Origin: Raphidiopsis brookii D9
GTDB lineage: Bacteria; Cyanobacteriota; Cyanobacteriia; Cyanobacteriales; Nostocaceae
Assembly: GCA_000175855.1 (NCBI GenBank)
Contig: ACYB01000047.1
Coordinates: forward strand, 30,001-62,000
DNA length: 32,000 bases
Direction of reading: 5' to 3'
Under the pieces are notes generated by a model. It was not told where the DNA came from. It worked only from the letters and a program-made list of their open reading frames with translations, and did not search any database. A program made the position numbers and the translations under genes. Below are positions 1 through 11,351 of the stretch, one piece after another; within the stretch, counting starts at the first letter, position 1, and each line of letters starts with the position of its first letter.

Positions 1-726
1 CACAAATCCTAATTTGCCAGCGTAGGTAATGTCTGTTTTCGTGACTTGACGAATCCCTTCACAATAAACATCTTGTAAGTTAATCCTCTCCCCAAACCCC
101 AATGAGGCTAGAATAGCAATCTTATCCCCAGCGTCTAAACCATCAATATCAGCAGTGGGATCCGCTTCCGCATATCCCAGTCTTTGTGCATCAGCTAGTA
201 CTTCTTCTAGTTCACTCCCTTCCGTCTGCATCCTCGTGAGAATGTAATTGGTAGTGCCATTCACAATACCAATAATACTATAAACCTTATTGACACTTAA
301 AGACTGCTTTAAGGTTTTAATGACAGGAATGCCACCAGCTACGGCAGCTTCAAACATAACATATACACCAGCAGCATTGGCAGCAGTAAATATTTCTTCT
401 CCAAATCGTGAAATTACAGCCTTGTTCGCTGTTACTACGTGTTTACCATTTCTAATAGCCTCCAGAATGAGCGATCGCGCAGGTTCCAATCCACCCATCA
501 GCTCAACAATGATATCTATCTGAGGGTCATTGACAATAGCTGATAAATCCCCACTGAGGATTTCTGGGGGTAAGGTCACTGGGCGTGATTTGTCTGGCGA
601 TCGCACACCTATGCGACATATTTCCACTTCCTGTAACAGTGGGTGACGACCTTGCAAGTCCTGTAACAGTTGTACAGTTCCCGTTCCCACCGTACCCAAT
701 CCTAAGATTCCTAATTTTACGCCCAC
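1..726 (-). CDS. hom: homoserine dehydrogenase, N-terminal 242 codons (3' end runs off the window start)
   Basis: Absent from the ORF track because no stop lies in the window. My translation of the reverse strand from GTG (726-724) reads VGVKLGILGLGTVGTGTVQLLQD...HVVTANKAVISRFGEEIF...AVAGGIPVIKTLKQSL...GIVNGTTNYILT...DKIAILASLGFG with no stop. It has a Rossmann GxGxxG N-terminus and typical hom-family motifs. Confidence 0.85.
   Translation of the reverse strand, partial: MGVKLGILGLGTVGTGTVQLLQDLQGRHPLLQEVEICRIGVRSPDKSRPVTLPPEILSGDLSAIVNDPQIDIIVELMGGLEPARSLILEAIRNGKHVVTANKAVISRFGEEIFTAANAAGVYVMFEAAVAGGIPVIKTLKQSLSVNKVYSIIGIVNGTTNYILTRMQTEGSELEEVLADAQRLGYAEADPTADIDGLDAGDKIAILASLGFGERINLQDVYCEGIRQVTKTDITYAGKLGFV
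471..478. repeat. HIP1 octamer
   Basis: Perfect GCGATCGC. Confidence 0.95.
597..604. repeat. HIP1 octamer
   Basis: Perfect GCGATCGC. Confidence 0.95.
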
Positions 727-766
727 GGATTTGGCATCCTACTACATACAAAACACCATAAAACAA

Positions 767-795
767 TTGTAGGTGGGATGGAACTCCACCTACAA
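767..795 (-). terminator. intrinsic terminator downstream of petH
   Basis: Perfect 10-bp inverted repeat: ttgtaggtgg (767-776) and ccacctacaa (786-795), with a 9-nt loop. On the minus strand the stem is followed by TTGTTTTATGGTGTTTTG. It lies about 30 nt after the petH stop. Confidence 0.65.
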
Positions 796-823
796 ACTTG
801 CACACAAAAATTGGGAAACAAGG

Positions 824-2648
<1,825 letters not shown>

Positions 2649-3653
2649 ATGACAAGTAAGCCGGAAAGGGTGGTCTTAATTGGGGTAGCAGGGGACTCAG
2701 GATGCGGCAAATCTACGTTTTTGCGCCGGTTGATTGACCTGTTCGGTGAAGATTTTATGACGGTGATCTGTTTGGATGACTATCATTGCTTGGACCGCAA
2801 ACAACGTAAAGAAACTGGTATTACTGCCTTAGATCCTAGAGCTAATAACTTTGATCTCATGTATGAGCAAATTAAAGCTCTAAAAGAAGGTCATGCTGTT
2901 GATAAACCAATTTATAACCATGAGACCGGCATGATTGACCCGCCGGAACGAATTAAACCCAATCACATTATTGTGGTTGAAGGTTTGCATCCTTTATACG
3001 ATGAAAGAGTCCGATCTCTTTTAGATTTCAGTGTTTATTTTGACATCAGCGATGAGGTGAAAATTGCCTGGAAGATTCAGAGAGACATGGCAGAGCGTGG
3101 GCATCGATATGAAGATGTTTTGGCTCAAATTAACTCTCGCAAGCCCGACTTTGATAAATTCATTGAGCCTCAAAGAGAATTTGCCGATGTAGTTTTACAG
3201 GTGTTGCCTACGAACTTAATCAAAAACGACACTGAGCGCAAGGTTCTGCGGGTAAGAATGCTGCAAAAAGAAGGTAAAGAGGGGTTTGCACCCGTTTATC
3301 TATTTGATGAAGGTTCAACCATCAATTGGACTCCTTGTGGAAGGAAGTTAACCTGTTCCTATCCTGGCATGCAAATGCACTACGGTTCTGATGTTTATTA
3401 TGGTCGCTATGTTTCTGTTTTGGAAGTAGATGGCCAGTTTGATAATTTAGATGAAGTAATCTATGTGGAAAAACATCTGAGTAATACATCCACTAAATAC
3501 ATTGGTGAAATGACCCACTTGTTGTTGCAGCATCGTGAATATCCTGGTTCTAATAATGGCACTGGTTTATTCCAAGTCTTAACCGGGTTGAAGATGCGCT
3601 CTGTTTACGAAATTCTGACAGCCAAGGAAGCAAAATTAGCAGTTAAAGCCTAA
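2649..3653 (+). CDS. prk: phosphoribulokinase
   Basis: 334-aa ORF with a P-loop (GVAGDSGCGKSTF) and PRK/uridine-kinase family sequence throughout. The length matches cyanobacterial Prk. GAGGAG lies 6-7 nt upstream of the ATG. Confidence 0.95.
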   Translation: MTSKPERVVLIGVAGDSGCGKSTFLRRLIDLFGEDFMTVICLDDYHCLDRKQRKETGITALDPRANNFDLMYEQIKALKEGHAVDKPIYNHETGMIDPPERIKPNHIIVVEGLHPLYDERVRSLLDFSVYFDISDEVKIAWKIQRDMAERGHRYEDVLAQINSRKPDFDKFIEPQREFADVVLQVLPTNLIKNDTERKVLRVRMLQKEGKEGFAPVYLFDEGSTINWTPCGRKLTCSYPGMQMHYGSDVYYGRYVSVLEVDGQFDNLDEVIYVEKHLSNTSTKYIGEMTHLLLQHREYPGSNNGTGLFQVLTGLKMRSVYEILTAKEAKLAVKA

Positions 3654-3675
3654 ATTTTGCCATGTTGGTAAACTC

Positions 3676-3709
3676 AAAAGGGGAACATCTACTGGGTGAA
3701 CCCCTTTTT
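3676..3709 (+). terminator. candidate intrinsic terminator after prk
   Basis: aaaagggg (3676-3683) pairs with cccctttt (3701-3708). The T5 run at 3705-3709 follows the GC core. The loop is long (17 nt), hence moderate confidence. Confidence 0.5.
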
Positions 3710-3738
3710 CATATCTAGCTAATTAATAAGTAAAAGTT

Positions 3739-4944
3739 ATGACTAATATAGACTCTAATAAGCACAAAAAGTCAAAAGCACTGAAACCTGGTAGTCGTCG
3801 TCCAGCTAAGGAACTTTGTAGCGAATGTGGACTGTGTGACACTTACTATATCCACTATGTTAAAGAAGCTTGTGCTTTTATAACTCAAAGAATAGAGGAG
3901 TTAGAAGTAAATACTCATCAGCGTTGTCGAGATCTAGATAAAGAAAATGAACTTTACTTTGGTGTACATCAAGAAATGATGGCAGCTCGGAAACAAGTAC
4001 CTATCGTTGGTGCCCAATGGACAGGAATTGTCAGTACCATAGCTATAGAAATGTTAAATTGTGGTTTAGTGGAAGGGGTTGTCTGCGTGCAGAATAGCCA
4101 AGAAGACCGCTTTCAACCCATGCCCATCATTGCCCGCACCCCTGAGGCCATACTGGCTGCCAAGGTCAATAAACCTACCCTTTCACCCAATCTCTCGGTT
4201 TTAGAGGAAATTGAGCAATCGGGGATGAAAAAGTTATTGGTTATCGGAGTAGGTTGTCAAATTCAGGCCCTGCGAGCAGTGGAAAAACAACTGGGACTGG
4301 AAAAACTCTATGTTCTGGGTACACCATGTGTAGATAATGTTACTAGAACGGGACTGCAAAAATTCTTAGAAACTACTAGTCATTCTCCTGGAACGGTTGT
4401 TAGTTACGAATTTATGCAGGACTTTCGAGTGCATTTCAAACATGAAGATGGGTCAGAAGAAAAAGTCCCCTTCTTCGGTTTAAAAACCAACATCCTCAAG
4501 GATATATTTGCTCCCTCGTGCATGAGTTGCTTTGATTATGTTAACTCCCTAGCAGATTTAGTGGTAGGGTATATGGGTGCACCCTATCCTTGGCAATGGA
4601 TAGTTGTTAGAAATAATACAGGCAAAGAAATGTTAGATCTGGTGAAGGAACAACTAGAAATTCAACCAGTGATGTCTCAAGGTAACCGTCAACCTGCTGT
4701 ACAGCAGGGAATAAAAGCCTACGATGACGCAGTGACATTGCCGATGTGGGTAGCCCAATTAATGGGGATCGTAATAGATAGAATTGGGCCCAAAGGTTTA
4801 GAATACGGAAAGTTTTCCATAGACTCTCACTTTGCCAGAAATTATTTATATGTCAAGCGCCATCATCCTCACAAGCTAGAAGCCCACGTCCCCGAGTTTG
4901 CTAAGCGGATTGTAGCTCAGTATGATTTACCAGGAACTGATTAA
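3739..4944 (+). CDS. bciB: FrhB-family (coenzyme F420 hydrogenase/dehydrogenase beta subunit-like) Fe-S flavoprotein; likely ferredoxin-dependent divinyl chlorophyllide 8-vinyl reductase / HCAR homologue
   Basis: 401-aa ORF with an N-terminal Cys cluster (CSECGLCDTYYIHYVKEACAF) and FrhB-like core (GVGCQIQALR, GTPCVDN, CMSCFDY). In Chl b-less cyanobacteria this family corresponds to Slr1923-type BciB. The assignment is from memory of the family, not from an alignment. Confidence 0.6.
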   Translation: MTNIDSNKHKKSKALKPGSRRPAKELCSECGLCDTYYIHYVKEACAFITQRIEELEVNTHQRCRDLDKENELYFGVHQEMMAARKQVPIVGAQWTGIVSTIAIEMLNCGLVEGVVCVQNSQEDRFQPMPIIARTPEAILAAKVNKPTLSPNLSVLEEIEQSGMKKLLVIGVGCQIQALRAVEKQLGLEKLYVLGTPCVDNVTRTGLQKFLETTSHSPGTVVSYEFMQDFRVHFKHEDGSEEKVPFFGLKTNILKDIFAPSCMSCFDYVNSLADLVVGYMGAPYPWQWIVVRNNTGKEMLDLVKEQLEIQPVMSQGNRQPAVQQGIKAYDDAVTLPMWVAQLMGIVIDRIGPKGLEYGKFSIDSHFARNYLYVKRHHPHKLEAHVPEFAKRIVAQYDLPGTD

Positions 4945-6185
4945 AATTCTCCTACTGCTTCCATAGCTGCTTCTAGAGCTAAGGATAGGTGAGTCCAATG
5001 AGTACCACCTTGGCAATATACAATATAAGGCTCTCTTAATGGACCATCAGCGGATAACTCCAGAGTGCTTCCCTCAATGAAAGTTCCCCCCGCCATAACA
5101 ACCTGACTTTCATAACCTGGCATAGCATCGGGAACGGGATCTAAATAGGAGCCAACAGGAGAAGATTGTTGAATGGCTTTGCAAAAGGCAAGGAGTTTTT
5201 TGGCCGAACCCAGTTTAATAGCTTGAATCACATCTCCCCGGGGTGCTAGGGGTGGGGGATTAACAGGATATCCTAGCTTATCAAATACGTAACCAGTAAG
5301 ATATGTTCCCTTCATGGCTTCCCCCACCATTTGAGGTGCTAAAAATAATCCCTGGAATAACAACCGATTTTGATCGAACGTTGCTCCTCCCGCACTACCA
5401 ATACCAGGAGCAGTCAGTCTACAAGCTGCTGCTTCCACCAGGTCAGCTTTGCCCGCTATATAACCTCCTGCTGTAACAATTGTGCCACCGGGATTTTTGA
5501 TGAGTGACCCAGCCATAAGATCCGCACCCACATGGGTGGGTTCCCTAGTATCAATAAATTCGCCGTAACAGTTATCTACAAAACAGATTGTCCGGGGGTT
5601 TTGTTGTTTAACTATCTCAACTACCCTTTTTATTTCATCAATAGAAAGACTAGAACGCCAGGAATATCCACAGGATCTTTGAATCAAGACTAACCGGGTG
5701 TTTTCCTGGATAGCAGTGCTTAGTTTCTGCCAATTTATTTTTCCCTGATCTGTTAGTTCCAGTTGGCGATATTTTATGCCAAAATCAATCAGGGAGCCTT
5801 GGTTTTGCCCTCGCAAACCAATGACCTCTTCCAGTGTATCGTAGGGAGAACCAACCACTGCCAACATCTCATCCCCAGGACGGAGTACCCCATAAAGCGC
5901 ACAGGCAATCGCGTGAGTACCTGACACAATCTGTACTCTCACCAAAGCTGACTCAGATCCCATAACCTGAGCAAAGACTTGATCCAATGTATCCCTTCCC
6001 AAATCATCGTGTCCATACCCGCTCACACCTGCGAAATGGTGTGATCCTAGATGATGATCACGAAAGGCGTTCAAGACTCTTTGAAGATTATGCTTGACCT
6101 GGGCGTCAATACCATAAAAAATTTCTAATAGTGCCCGTTCTGCTGCTCGCAGGTGTTCTAAGTTGTTCATTGTTTCCTCATTCAA
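4941..6185 (-). CDS. PLP-dependent cystathionine beta-lyase-like protein (YnbB / 'aluminium resistance protein' family)
   Basis: 414-aa ORF with a Met-gamma-lyase-like fold (VSGTHAI, SLIKNPGG with the Lys expected for PLP, IQRSCGYSWR). Its stop overlaps the convergent upstream gene's stop by 4 nt. Confidence 0.7.
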   Translation of the reverse strand: MNEETMNNLEHLRAAERALLEIFYGIDAQVKHNLQRVLNAFRDHHLGSHHFAGVSGYGHDDLGRDTLDQVFAQVMGSESALVRVQIVSGTHAIACALYGVLRPGDEMLAVVGSPYDTLEEVIGLRGQNQGSLIDFGIKYRQLELTDQGKINWQKLSTAIQENTRLVLIQRSCGYSWRSSLSIDEIKRVVEIVKQQNPRTICFVDNCYGEFIDTREPTHVGADLMAGSLIKNPGGTIVTAGGYIAGKADLVEAAACRLTAPGIGSAGGATFDQNRLLFQGLFLAPQMVGEAMKGTYLTGYVFDKLGYPVNPPPLAPRGDVIQAIKLGSAKKLLAFCKAIQQSSPVGSYLDPVPDAMPGYESQVVMAGGTFIEGSTLELSADGPLREPYIVYCQGGTHWTHLSLALEAAMEAVGEF

Positions 6186-6257
6186 AAAAACATTTAAGAA
6201 TATGCAGATTCTTCAATCGAGCATATTAGTCTGGACAATTCCTATCAAGGTTACTGC

Positions 6258-7079
6258 ATGACAATTGCTACTTCAACTAAACCTCAAATCAACTGGGTGA
6301 ACACCCTGTTTTTTATCTTCCTGCACATTGGTGCCCTATTTGCTTTTATTCCCAGTAACTTTAGCTGGACAGCAGTTGGTGTGGCATTATTACTCTACTG
6401 GGTCACTGGTGGTTTGGGGGTTACCCTAGGTTTTCACCGTCTGATTACCCATCGTAGTTTTCAAAGTCCAAAATGGTTAGAGTATTTTTTAGCCTTGTGT
6501 GGTACCCTTGCTTGTCAAGGCGGGCCTATTGAGTGGGTAGGAACACATCGTATTCACCATTTACACTCTGACACTCCAGAAGATCCCCATGATTCCAACA
6601 AAGGTTTCTGGTGGAGTCATATTGGTTGGTTAATTTTCCATTCTCCCGCACATGCTCAAATTCCCCGCTTTACAAAAGATATTGTGGAGGACAGGGTTTA
6701 TCAGTTCTTGCAAAAATATTTCATTCCTATCCAGTTCTTCCTAGGTCTGTTCCTATTAATGTTAGGCGGATGGTCTTTTGTAGTTTGGGGCATTTTTGCT
6801 CGCATAGTTTGGGTTTACCACTGCACCTGGTTAGTTAACAGTGCTACCCATAAATTTGGATATCGTACTTATCCTGAATCTGGAGATAGGTCGACTAACT
6901 GCTGGTGGGTGGCCGTTCTAGTGTTTGGTGAAGGCTGGCATAATAATCACCATGCCTTTCAGTATTCAGCTCGTCATGGACTGGAATGGTGGGAAGTTGA
7001 CCTAACATGGATGACCATTCAACTGCTACAATTTCTGGGTCTAGCTACAAATATTAAACTAGCGCCCAAAAAAGCATAA
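6258..7079 (+). CDS. desC: acyl-lipid Delta9 fatty-acid desaturase
   Basis: 273-aa membrane protein with the three His boxes of Delta9 desaturases (HRLITHRSF, HRIHHLHSD, HNNHHAF). It is the first gene of a desC-desA-desB arrangement known from Anabaena/Nostoc. Confidence 0.9.
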   Translation: MTIATSTKPQINWVNTLFFIFLHIGALFAFIPSNFSWTAVGVALLLYWVTGGLGVTLGFHRLITHRSFQSPKWLEYFLALCGTLACQGGPIEWVGTHRIHHLHSDTPEDPHDSNKGFWWSHIGWLIFHSPAHAQIPRFTKDIVEDRVYQFLQKYFIPIQFFLGLFLLMLGGWSFVVWGIFARIVWVYHCTWLVNSATHKFGYRTYPESGDRSTNCWWVAVLVFGEGWHNNHHAFQYSARHGLEWWEVDLTWMTIQLLQFLGLATNIKLAPKKA

Positions 7080-7100
7080 ACCATAACTTAGGTCTAATGT

Positions 7101-7138
7101 CAATAGTTTTGAGGTCATGAAACTATTGGCTTTTTGTT
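7101..7138 (+). terminator. intrinsic terminator after desC
   Basis: Perfect 9-bp stem: caatagttt (7101-7109) and aaactattg (7120-7128), with a 10-nt loop, followed by GCTTTTTGTT. Confidence 0.7.
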
Positions 7139-7313
7139 AATAAATTTCAGGTTTCGGATTTTCAAGTTGAGAATTTCGATTCTGATAATTGTCGTTGATG
7201 GAAACCTAATTTATTTGCTTTATAATATAATTTAGTTAAAGTGGCAAAAGTTGACTTATCTGCTGTAAAATGATTTTGCCGGCGGATTTACATTGGTTGT
7301 TTCTCAGGTGTTC

Positions 7314-8387
7314 ATGACTACATCACTTATTAAAGACCAGGAAAATCTCGTTTATCCCACCCTGGGTGAGGACGAGATCAAATTAAAACACATTATCAAA
7401 AGTCTCCCAAAGGAATGTTTTCAGAAAAATAGCCGCAAAGCATGGACTAGAGCGATCATCAGTTTAACCACAGTTGGGTTAGGCTATTATTTTTTGGCAA
7501 TTTCTCCCTGGTTTCTTTTACCCGTAGCATGGATTTTCACGGGGACTGCTTTAACCGGATTTTTTGTCATAGGTCATGATTGTGGACATCGTTCTTTTGC
7601 TAACCGTCATTGGGTGAATGACCTAGTTGGGCACCTGTTCATGATGCCTTTAATTTACCCCTTTCACAGTTGGAGAATTAAACATAATTATCACCACAAG
7701 CACACCAATAAACTGGAAGAAGACAATGCGTGGCATCCCATAAGAGTGGAAGTTTTTGGAAGTTGGGGAAAAATCCAACAGTCCGCATTTAAATTATTCA
7801 TACGGAAGCGCCTATGGTGGGTAGGTTCTATCGGACATTGGGCCGTGGTTCATTTTAATCCCGGTAAATTCCAGAAAAAAGACCGAGCTAGTGTCAACTT
7901 ATCTGTAGGTGTGGTGATAGCTTTTGCCGTCATAGTTTTCCCAACATTGATATTCACGACTGGGTTATGGGGTTTTATTAAGTTTTGGTTTATCCCCTGG
8001 ATGGTTTATCACTTTTGGATGAGCACATTTACCATTGTTCACCATACAACTGCAGATGTTCCCTTTAAAACAGCAGATAAATGGAATGAGGCTCTAGCCC
8101 AATTGTTTGGGACAATTCACTGTGATTATCCTCGCTGGGTAGAGATACTCTGTCATGATATTAATGTTCATGTTCCCCATCACATTTCTACGGCAATTCC
8201 TTCCTACAATCTACGGTTAGCTTACAAAAGCATCAAGCAAAATTGGCGACCATTTCTTCATAACGAATGTAAGTTTTCCTGGGATTTAATGAAGAAAATT
8301 ACTAACGAATGTCAACTTTATCAAACCGATATTGGCTACATCACGTTTGATGAGTATTACGCCCAAAACCAAACCGCTCGCAAATAG
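7314..8387 (+). CDS. desA: acyl-lipid Delta12 (omega-6) fatty-acid desaturase
   Basis: The track ORF is 7293..8387, starting at TTG. I prefer the in-frame ATG at 7314 (MTTSLIKDQ...). His boxes are GHDCGHRSF, WRIKHNYHHKHTNKLEEDNAWHP and HVPHH, the DesA/FAD6-type pattern. Confidence 0.85.
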   Translation: MTTSLIKDQENLVYPTLGEDEIKLKHIIKSLPKECFQKNSRKAWTRAIISLTTVGLGYYFLAISPWFLLPVAWIFTGTALTGFFVIGHDCGHRSFANRHWVNDLVGHLFMMPLIYPFHSWRIKHNYHHKHTNKLEEDNAWHPIRVEVFGSWGKIQQSAFKLFIRKRLWWVGSIGHWAVVHFNPGKFQKKDRASVNLSVGVVIAFAVIVFPTLIFTTGLWGFIKFWFIPWMVYHFWMSTFTIVHHTTADVPFKTADKWNEALAQLFGTIHCDYPRWVEILCHDINVHVPHHISTAIPSYNLRLAYKSIKQNWRPFLHNECKFSWDLMKKITNECQLYQTDIGYITFDEYYAQNQTARK

Positions 8388-8405
8388 TCCCCAAATAAGT
8401 TTTAG

Positions 8406-8424
8406 GACAGGCACTTTGCCTGTC
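8406..8424 (+). other. stable hairpin between desA and desB (possible terminator or processing/stability element)
   Basis: gacaggca (8406-8413) and tgcctgtc (8417-8424) form a perfect 8-bp stem with a 3-nt loop, 19 nt after the desA stop. No U-tract follows, so it is not a canonical terminator. Confidence 0.35.
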
Positions 8425-8465
8425 AACTATCCAATTGTGACCTTCATTTAAGAAGAAAAAATCCA

Positions 8466-9545
8466 GTGCAATTAAAAACTGTTCAATCAAACCAAAATCT
8501 TGACATTGAATCTTCTCAAGGTGAAGACAAGTTACCATTTACTCTTCAAGATTTAAAAGCTGCCATTCCCCCTGAATGCTTTCAACCCAGTGTAGTTAAA
8601 TCACTGTATTATTTTTTTCGTGATATTGCGATTATTATCGGGCTATATGCACTGGCAACTTATCTAGACTCCTGGTACTTTTGGCCAGTTTTCTGGATAA
8701 TGCAAGGCACAATGTTTTGGGCCTTATTTGTTGTTGGTCATGATTGTGGACACCAGTCTTTTTCCAAGTATAAATGGCTAAATGATTTGGTAGGTCATCT
8801 TTCTCATATCCCTATTCTTGTACCCTATCATGGTTGGAGAATTAGTCACCGAACTCATCATAAAAACACCGGTAGTTTGGAAAATGACGAGAGTTGGTAT
8901 CCATTGAGTGAGTCTAGTTATCAAAAATTACCTTTTTTGCAAAAGTTGATTCGCTACTATCTGTTTTTACCACTAGCTTATCCTATTTATTTATTCCAAC
9001 GTACCCCTGGAAAAAGTGGTTCACACTTCAATCCTCAAAGTGGTTTGTTTAAACCTTCTGAAAGAGGAGACATTATTACCAGCACTACCTTGTGGATTTT
9101 AATGGTGACTTTATTGGGTTTCTTGACCTATCAATGGGGTTGGCTGTGGTTATTGAAATACTATGCTGCTCCTTATATTGTATTTGTAATTTGGTTGGAT
9201 TTAGTCACCTATTTACATCATACTGAACAAGATTTACCCTGGTATCGTGGTGACAATTGGAATTTCCTCAAGGGTGCAATTTCCACTATTGATAGGGACT
9301 ATGGAGTTTTTAACCACATTCACCATGATATTGGTACCCACGTTGCCCATCATATCTTTTTGAATATGCCTCATTATAATTTATTGAAGGCAACAAAGGC
9401 GATTAAACCAATTTTAGGTGAATATTATCACCAGTCTCAGGTTCCTATTTGGAAAGCATTATTACATTCTGCAATAGTTTGTCATTTTGTTCCCGATCAA
9501 GGTAGCAAGGTTTATTACACCTCTTATGGAAGTAATAGGAAGTAA
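8466..9545 (+). CDS. desB: acyl-lipid omega-3 (Delta15) fatty-acid desaturase
   Basis: 359-aa ORF with a GTG start. His boxes are GHDCGHQSF, WRISHRTHHKNTGSLENDESWYP and HVAHHIF, the omega-3 (DesB/FAD7-like) pattern. Confidence 0.85.
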   Translation: MQLKTVQSNQNLDIESSQGEDKLPFTLQDLKAAIPPECFQPSVVKSLYYFFRDIAIIIGLYALATYLDSWYFWPVFWIMQGTMFWALFVVGHDCGHQSFSKYKWLNDLVGHLSHIPILVPYHGWRISHRTHHKNTGSLENDESWYPLSESSYQKLPFLQKLIRYYLFLPLAYPIYLFQRTPGKSGSHFNPQSGLFKPSERGDIITSTTLWILMVTLLGFLTYQWGWLWLLKYYAAPYIVFVIWLDLVTYLHHTEQDLPWYRGDNWNFLKGAISTIDRDYGVFNHIHHDIGTHVAHHIFLNMPHYNLLKATKAIKPILGEYYHQSQVPIWKALLHSAIVCHFVPDQGSKVYYTSYGSNRK

Positions 9546-9574
9546 TTCTTAGATTATTGATTTTGTAGTTTTAG

Positions 9575-9613
9575 CCAGAACGTCAATGGGATTTAGGCGT
9601 TCTGGTTTGCTTT
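9575..9613 (+). terminator. candidate desB terminator overlapping the 3' end of convergent modA
   Basis: Perfect 8-bp stem: ccagaacg (9575-9582) and cgttctgg (9598-9605), with a 15-nt loop, followed on the + strand by TTTGCTTTG. The right arm and T-rich tail lie inside the last codons of modA. Confidence 0.55.
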
Positions 9614-10431
9614 GCCTGGGTCACAATAAAACCATATTTTTTAAAAACAGTTTTTGAGGGATTACTCACTAAAAATTTAGAGAACTTTTTGGCAGCGTCA
9701 ATATTTTTACTTCCCCTAATTATTACTAAGGGATAGATGATAGGAGAATGAAATTTTTCATCAGCTACAAACACCACTTTTACCTGTCCAGAAATTTTTG
9801 CATCAGTTGCATATACTAATCCCGCATCAGCATTGCCACTTTCTACAGCAGCTAAAACCTGACGTACATTATTGCCATAAACCAGTTTGGATTTTATATT
9901 TGACCAGATTTTTAACTGCTCTAAAACTTGTTTTGCATATTGTCCAGCAGGTACGCTCCTAGGTTCACCAATGGCAATCCTTTTTACTTTTTTATCTTGA
10001 AGACTGTAAAAACTATTGACACCGGAACTATTCTTTTGTGTAATCAAGACTAACCGATTTTTAGCTATAATGACTCTACTCTCAGGAAGTAAAAGATCCT
10101 TTTTTTCTAAAGCATCCACTTGTTTTTTAGCAGCAGATATAAAAATATCTACGAATGCCCCCTGTTCTATTTGTTGTTGTAATGATCCGGAAGCACCAAA
10201 GTTGAAGCTGATGTTCACATTCTTCTGCTCTTTTTGGTATAGGGGTTTGAGTTCTTTTAATACATCTTGCAAACTCCCAGCAGCGGACACCAGTAGTTTG
10301 GTAGTTGACTGATCTACTGTCCAAGTTGGTACACCAATGGCTATGAACATCGTGATTAACGCTGTAGCAATTAGTATGAGTAATTTTCTCCGTAATATAG
10401 TAAAATCGATTTTAAGCAATTTTATTCTCAT
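9583..10431 (-). CDS. modA: molybdate ABC transporter substrate-binding protein
   Basis: 282-aa ORF with an N-terminal signal/anchor helix and ModA-type periplasmic-binding sequence (SAAGSL, NFGASGSLQQQIEQGAFVDIFISA, PAGQYA). No modB/modC is adjacent. Confidence 0.85.
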   Translation of the reverse strand: MRIKLLKIDFTILRRKLLILIATALITMFIAIGVPTWTVDQSTTKLLVSAAGSLQDVLKELKPLYQKEQKNVNISFNFGASGSLQQQIEQGAFVDIFISAAKKQVDALEKKDLLLPESRVIIAKNRLVLITQKNSSGVNSFYSLQDKKVKRIAIGEPRSVPAGQYAKQVLEQLKIWSNIKSKLVYGNNVRQVLAAVESGNADAGLVYATDAKISGQVKVVFVADEKFHSPIIYPLVIIRGSKNIDAAKKFSKFLVSNPSKTVFKKYGFIVTQAKQTRTPKSH

Positions 10432-10515
10432 TACTCCGTATTTTTGCTGGCATAATTCACGGGCGATGCTTAATTACTTGGTTTTGTATTATACAATTTA
10501 GCTGCGCGACACAGC

Positions 10516-11163
10516 TTACTCTAGTGTTGTCAAAAAGTTAACCCTCTTATACAATTGCTTTAATGGTAACTTTAGCTTAATTGATGCTAGATTTAAAATC
10601 GCATCTTCTGTTTCATATTCAGTCAAAAACCACTGATTTTCATTATTCTTTACGTATTGCATTACATAATGCCTAGTCTGATCAATTAAAATATATTCTT
10701 TGAATTGCGGAATTGAACGATAATAAAGAAATTTATCTCCCTGATCATAATCTTTTGTGGATTTGGATAAAACCTCAGTTATTAATAAGGGATTGGTAAT
10801 TATAGTGGTATTATTTCCATAATAAATAGGTTCACTCTCAACTAGCATCAGATCAGGATAAGTAAATTGGCGATATTTTGGTATCCACAATTTGATATCA
10901 CTAATATAAACTTCATAGTCTAAGTCATTTAGTTCTAAATTAAGATGAAAATAAAAGTTACCTGCTAGTTTGTTATGATTTGTTGTTCCACCAGCCATAT
11001 TTATAATTTCTCCATTTCTATATTCATTTTTACAATTAGATTTTTCCTCCAGTTCTAAATATTCTTCTGGTGTATAGTGGACTGTAACTATTTTGATTGC
11101 TTGTATAATAGTTTCTAGTTTCATACTTCTTTTATGGATTAATATTTTGTCGATCTTAGACAT
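10516..11163 (-). CDS. Uma2-family (DUF820) PD-(D/E)XK-type putative endonuclease
   Basis: 215-aa ORF; the true start may be the internal ATG at 11124. Typical Uma2 layout: YTPEEYLELEE...EYRNGEI, ISDIKLW, YPDLMLV, ITEVLSKST...D..DK..Y, EYILID. The gene is visibly more AT-rich than its neighbours by eye; I did not compute this. Confidence 0.8.
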   Translation of the reverse strand: MSKIDKILIHKRSMKLETIIQAIKIVTVHYTPEEYLELEEKSNCKNEYRNGEIINMAGGTTNHNKLAGNFYFHLNLELNDLDYEVYISDIKLWIPKYRQFTYPDLMLVESEPIYYGNNTTIITNPLLITEVLSKSTKDYDQGDKFLYYRSIPQFKEYILIDQTRHYVMQYVKNNENQWFLTEYETEDAILNLASIKLKLPLKQLYKRVNFLTTLE

Positions 11164-11351
11164 AGTGTATACTTATAGGCCACCTAATGTCAATTAAGCA
11201 GAATATACAATGCGCCCAAAGGTAATTTATCTCTCGTGAACTTTTGTTGAGCAATGTCTAGGAATTTGTTAAGCTATCTAAACTACTCTGGTTTTTTTCC
11301 CCCTGACCAGTTATTGTCCAAAATATGGGAAATCTCAAATTGAGGATATAG

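Noticed and set aside
290-805. ORFs 290..523 (+) and 527..805 (-).
   Set aside because: Both overlap the hom reading frame, which the track misses because it runs off the window. The 92-aa ORF also reads through the petH terminator hairpin. Neither product looks like a real protein.
4941-4944. A 4-nt overlap of the convergent stop codons of the bciB-like and ynbB-like genes.
   Set aside because: This is a common compact arrangement, and no hairpin or other signal is associated with it.
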